This document shows positions 19,971 to 20,000 of a stretch of 20,000 nucleotides of DNA, piece by piece (position 1 is the stretch's first letter; each line of letters begins with the position of its first letter). Source of the DNA: Ancylonema sp. (Eukaryota); assembly GCA_050230475.1 (NCBI GenBank), contig JBFLGF010000134.1, positions 51,611-71,610 on the forward strand, read 5' to 3'. The notes beneath the pieces are model-generated. The model was not told the DNA's origin, made no database searches, and saw only the letters and a program-made list of their open reading frames with translations. The translations under genes and the position numbers were made by a program.

Positions 19971-20000
19971 TTTTAGCAATGTTACGTGATACGTGTGCGA

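Noticed and set aside
19975..20000. Possible start of another nested LTR (TGTTAC at 19980)
   Set aside because: Only 21 bp are visible, with no partner repeat or TSD; it could be decayed RT-connection sequence.
1..20000. CRISPR arrays, rRNA or tRNA genes, prokaryotic operons
   Set aside because: No regularly spaced repeats or recognisable structural RNA genes were seen; the content is eukaryotic retrotransposon DNA.

Overview
Eukaryotic, gene-poor, retrotransposon-dense DNA. I recognised no intact host gene. (1) A full-length but frameshifted Ty1/copia element on the minus strand (592-7253; LTRs 592-1055 and 6839-7253) with three Gag zinc knuckles, TG...AA ends and a copia-type internal-tRNAiMet-like PBS. 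(2) A 5'-truncated plus-strand copia derivative (about 7845-10812) with a protease and orphan ORFs but no RT or RNase H. Its polypurine tract is followed by a 1268-bp sequence that is a palindrome end to end (arms about 95% identical, 2-nt spacer). (3) A full-length degenerate Ty3/gypsy chromovirus on the minus strand (12255-17934; TSD GGCAG; -1 frameshift site; chromodomain). (4) An older Ty3/gypsy element, into which the chromovirus inserted, whose integrase ends in a PHD finger. Removing the chromovirus joins the PHD finger to its own PPT (12226-12238) and 3' LTR (from 12225 leftwards). Many indels look like short locally templated insertions. All family calls come from motif recognition by eye; no database searches were run.
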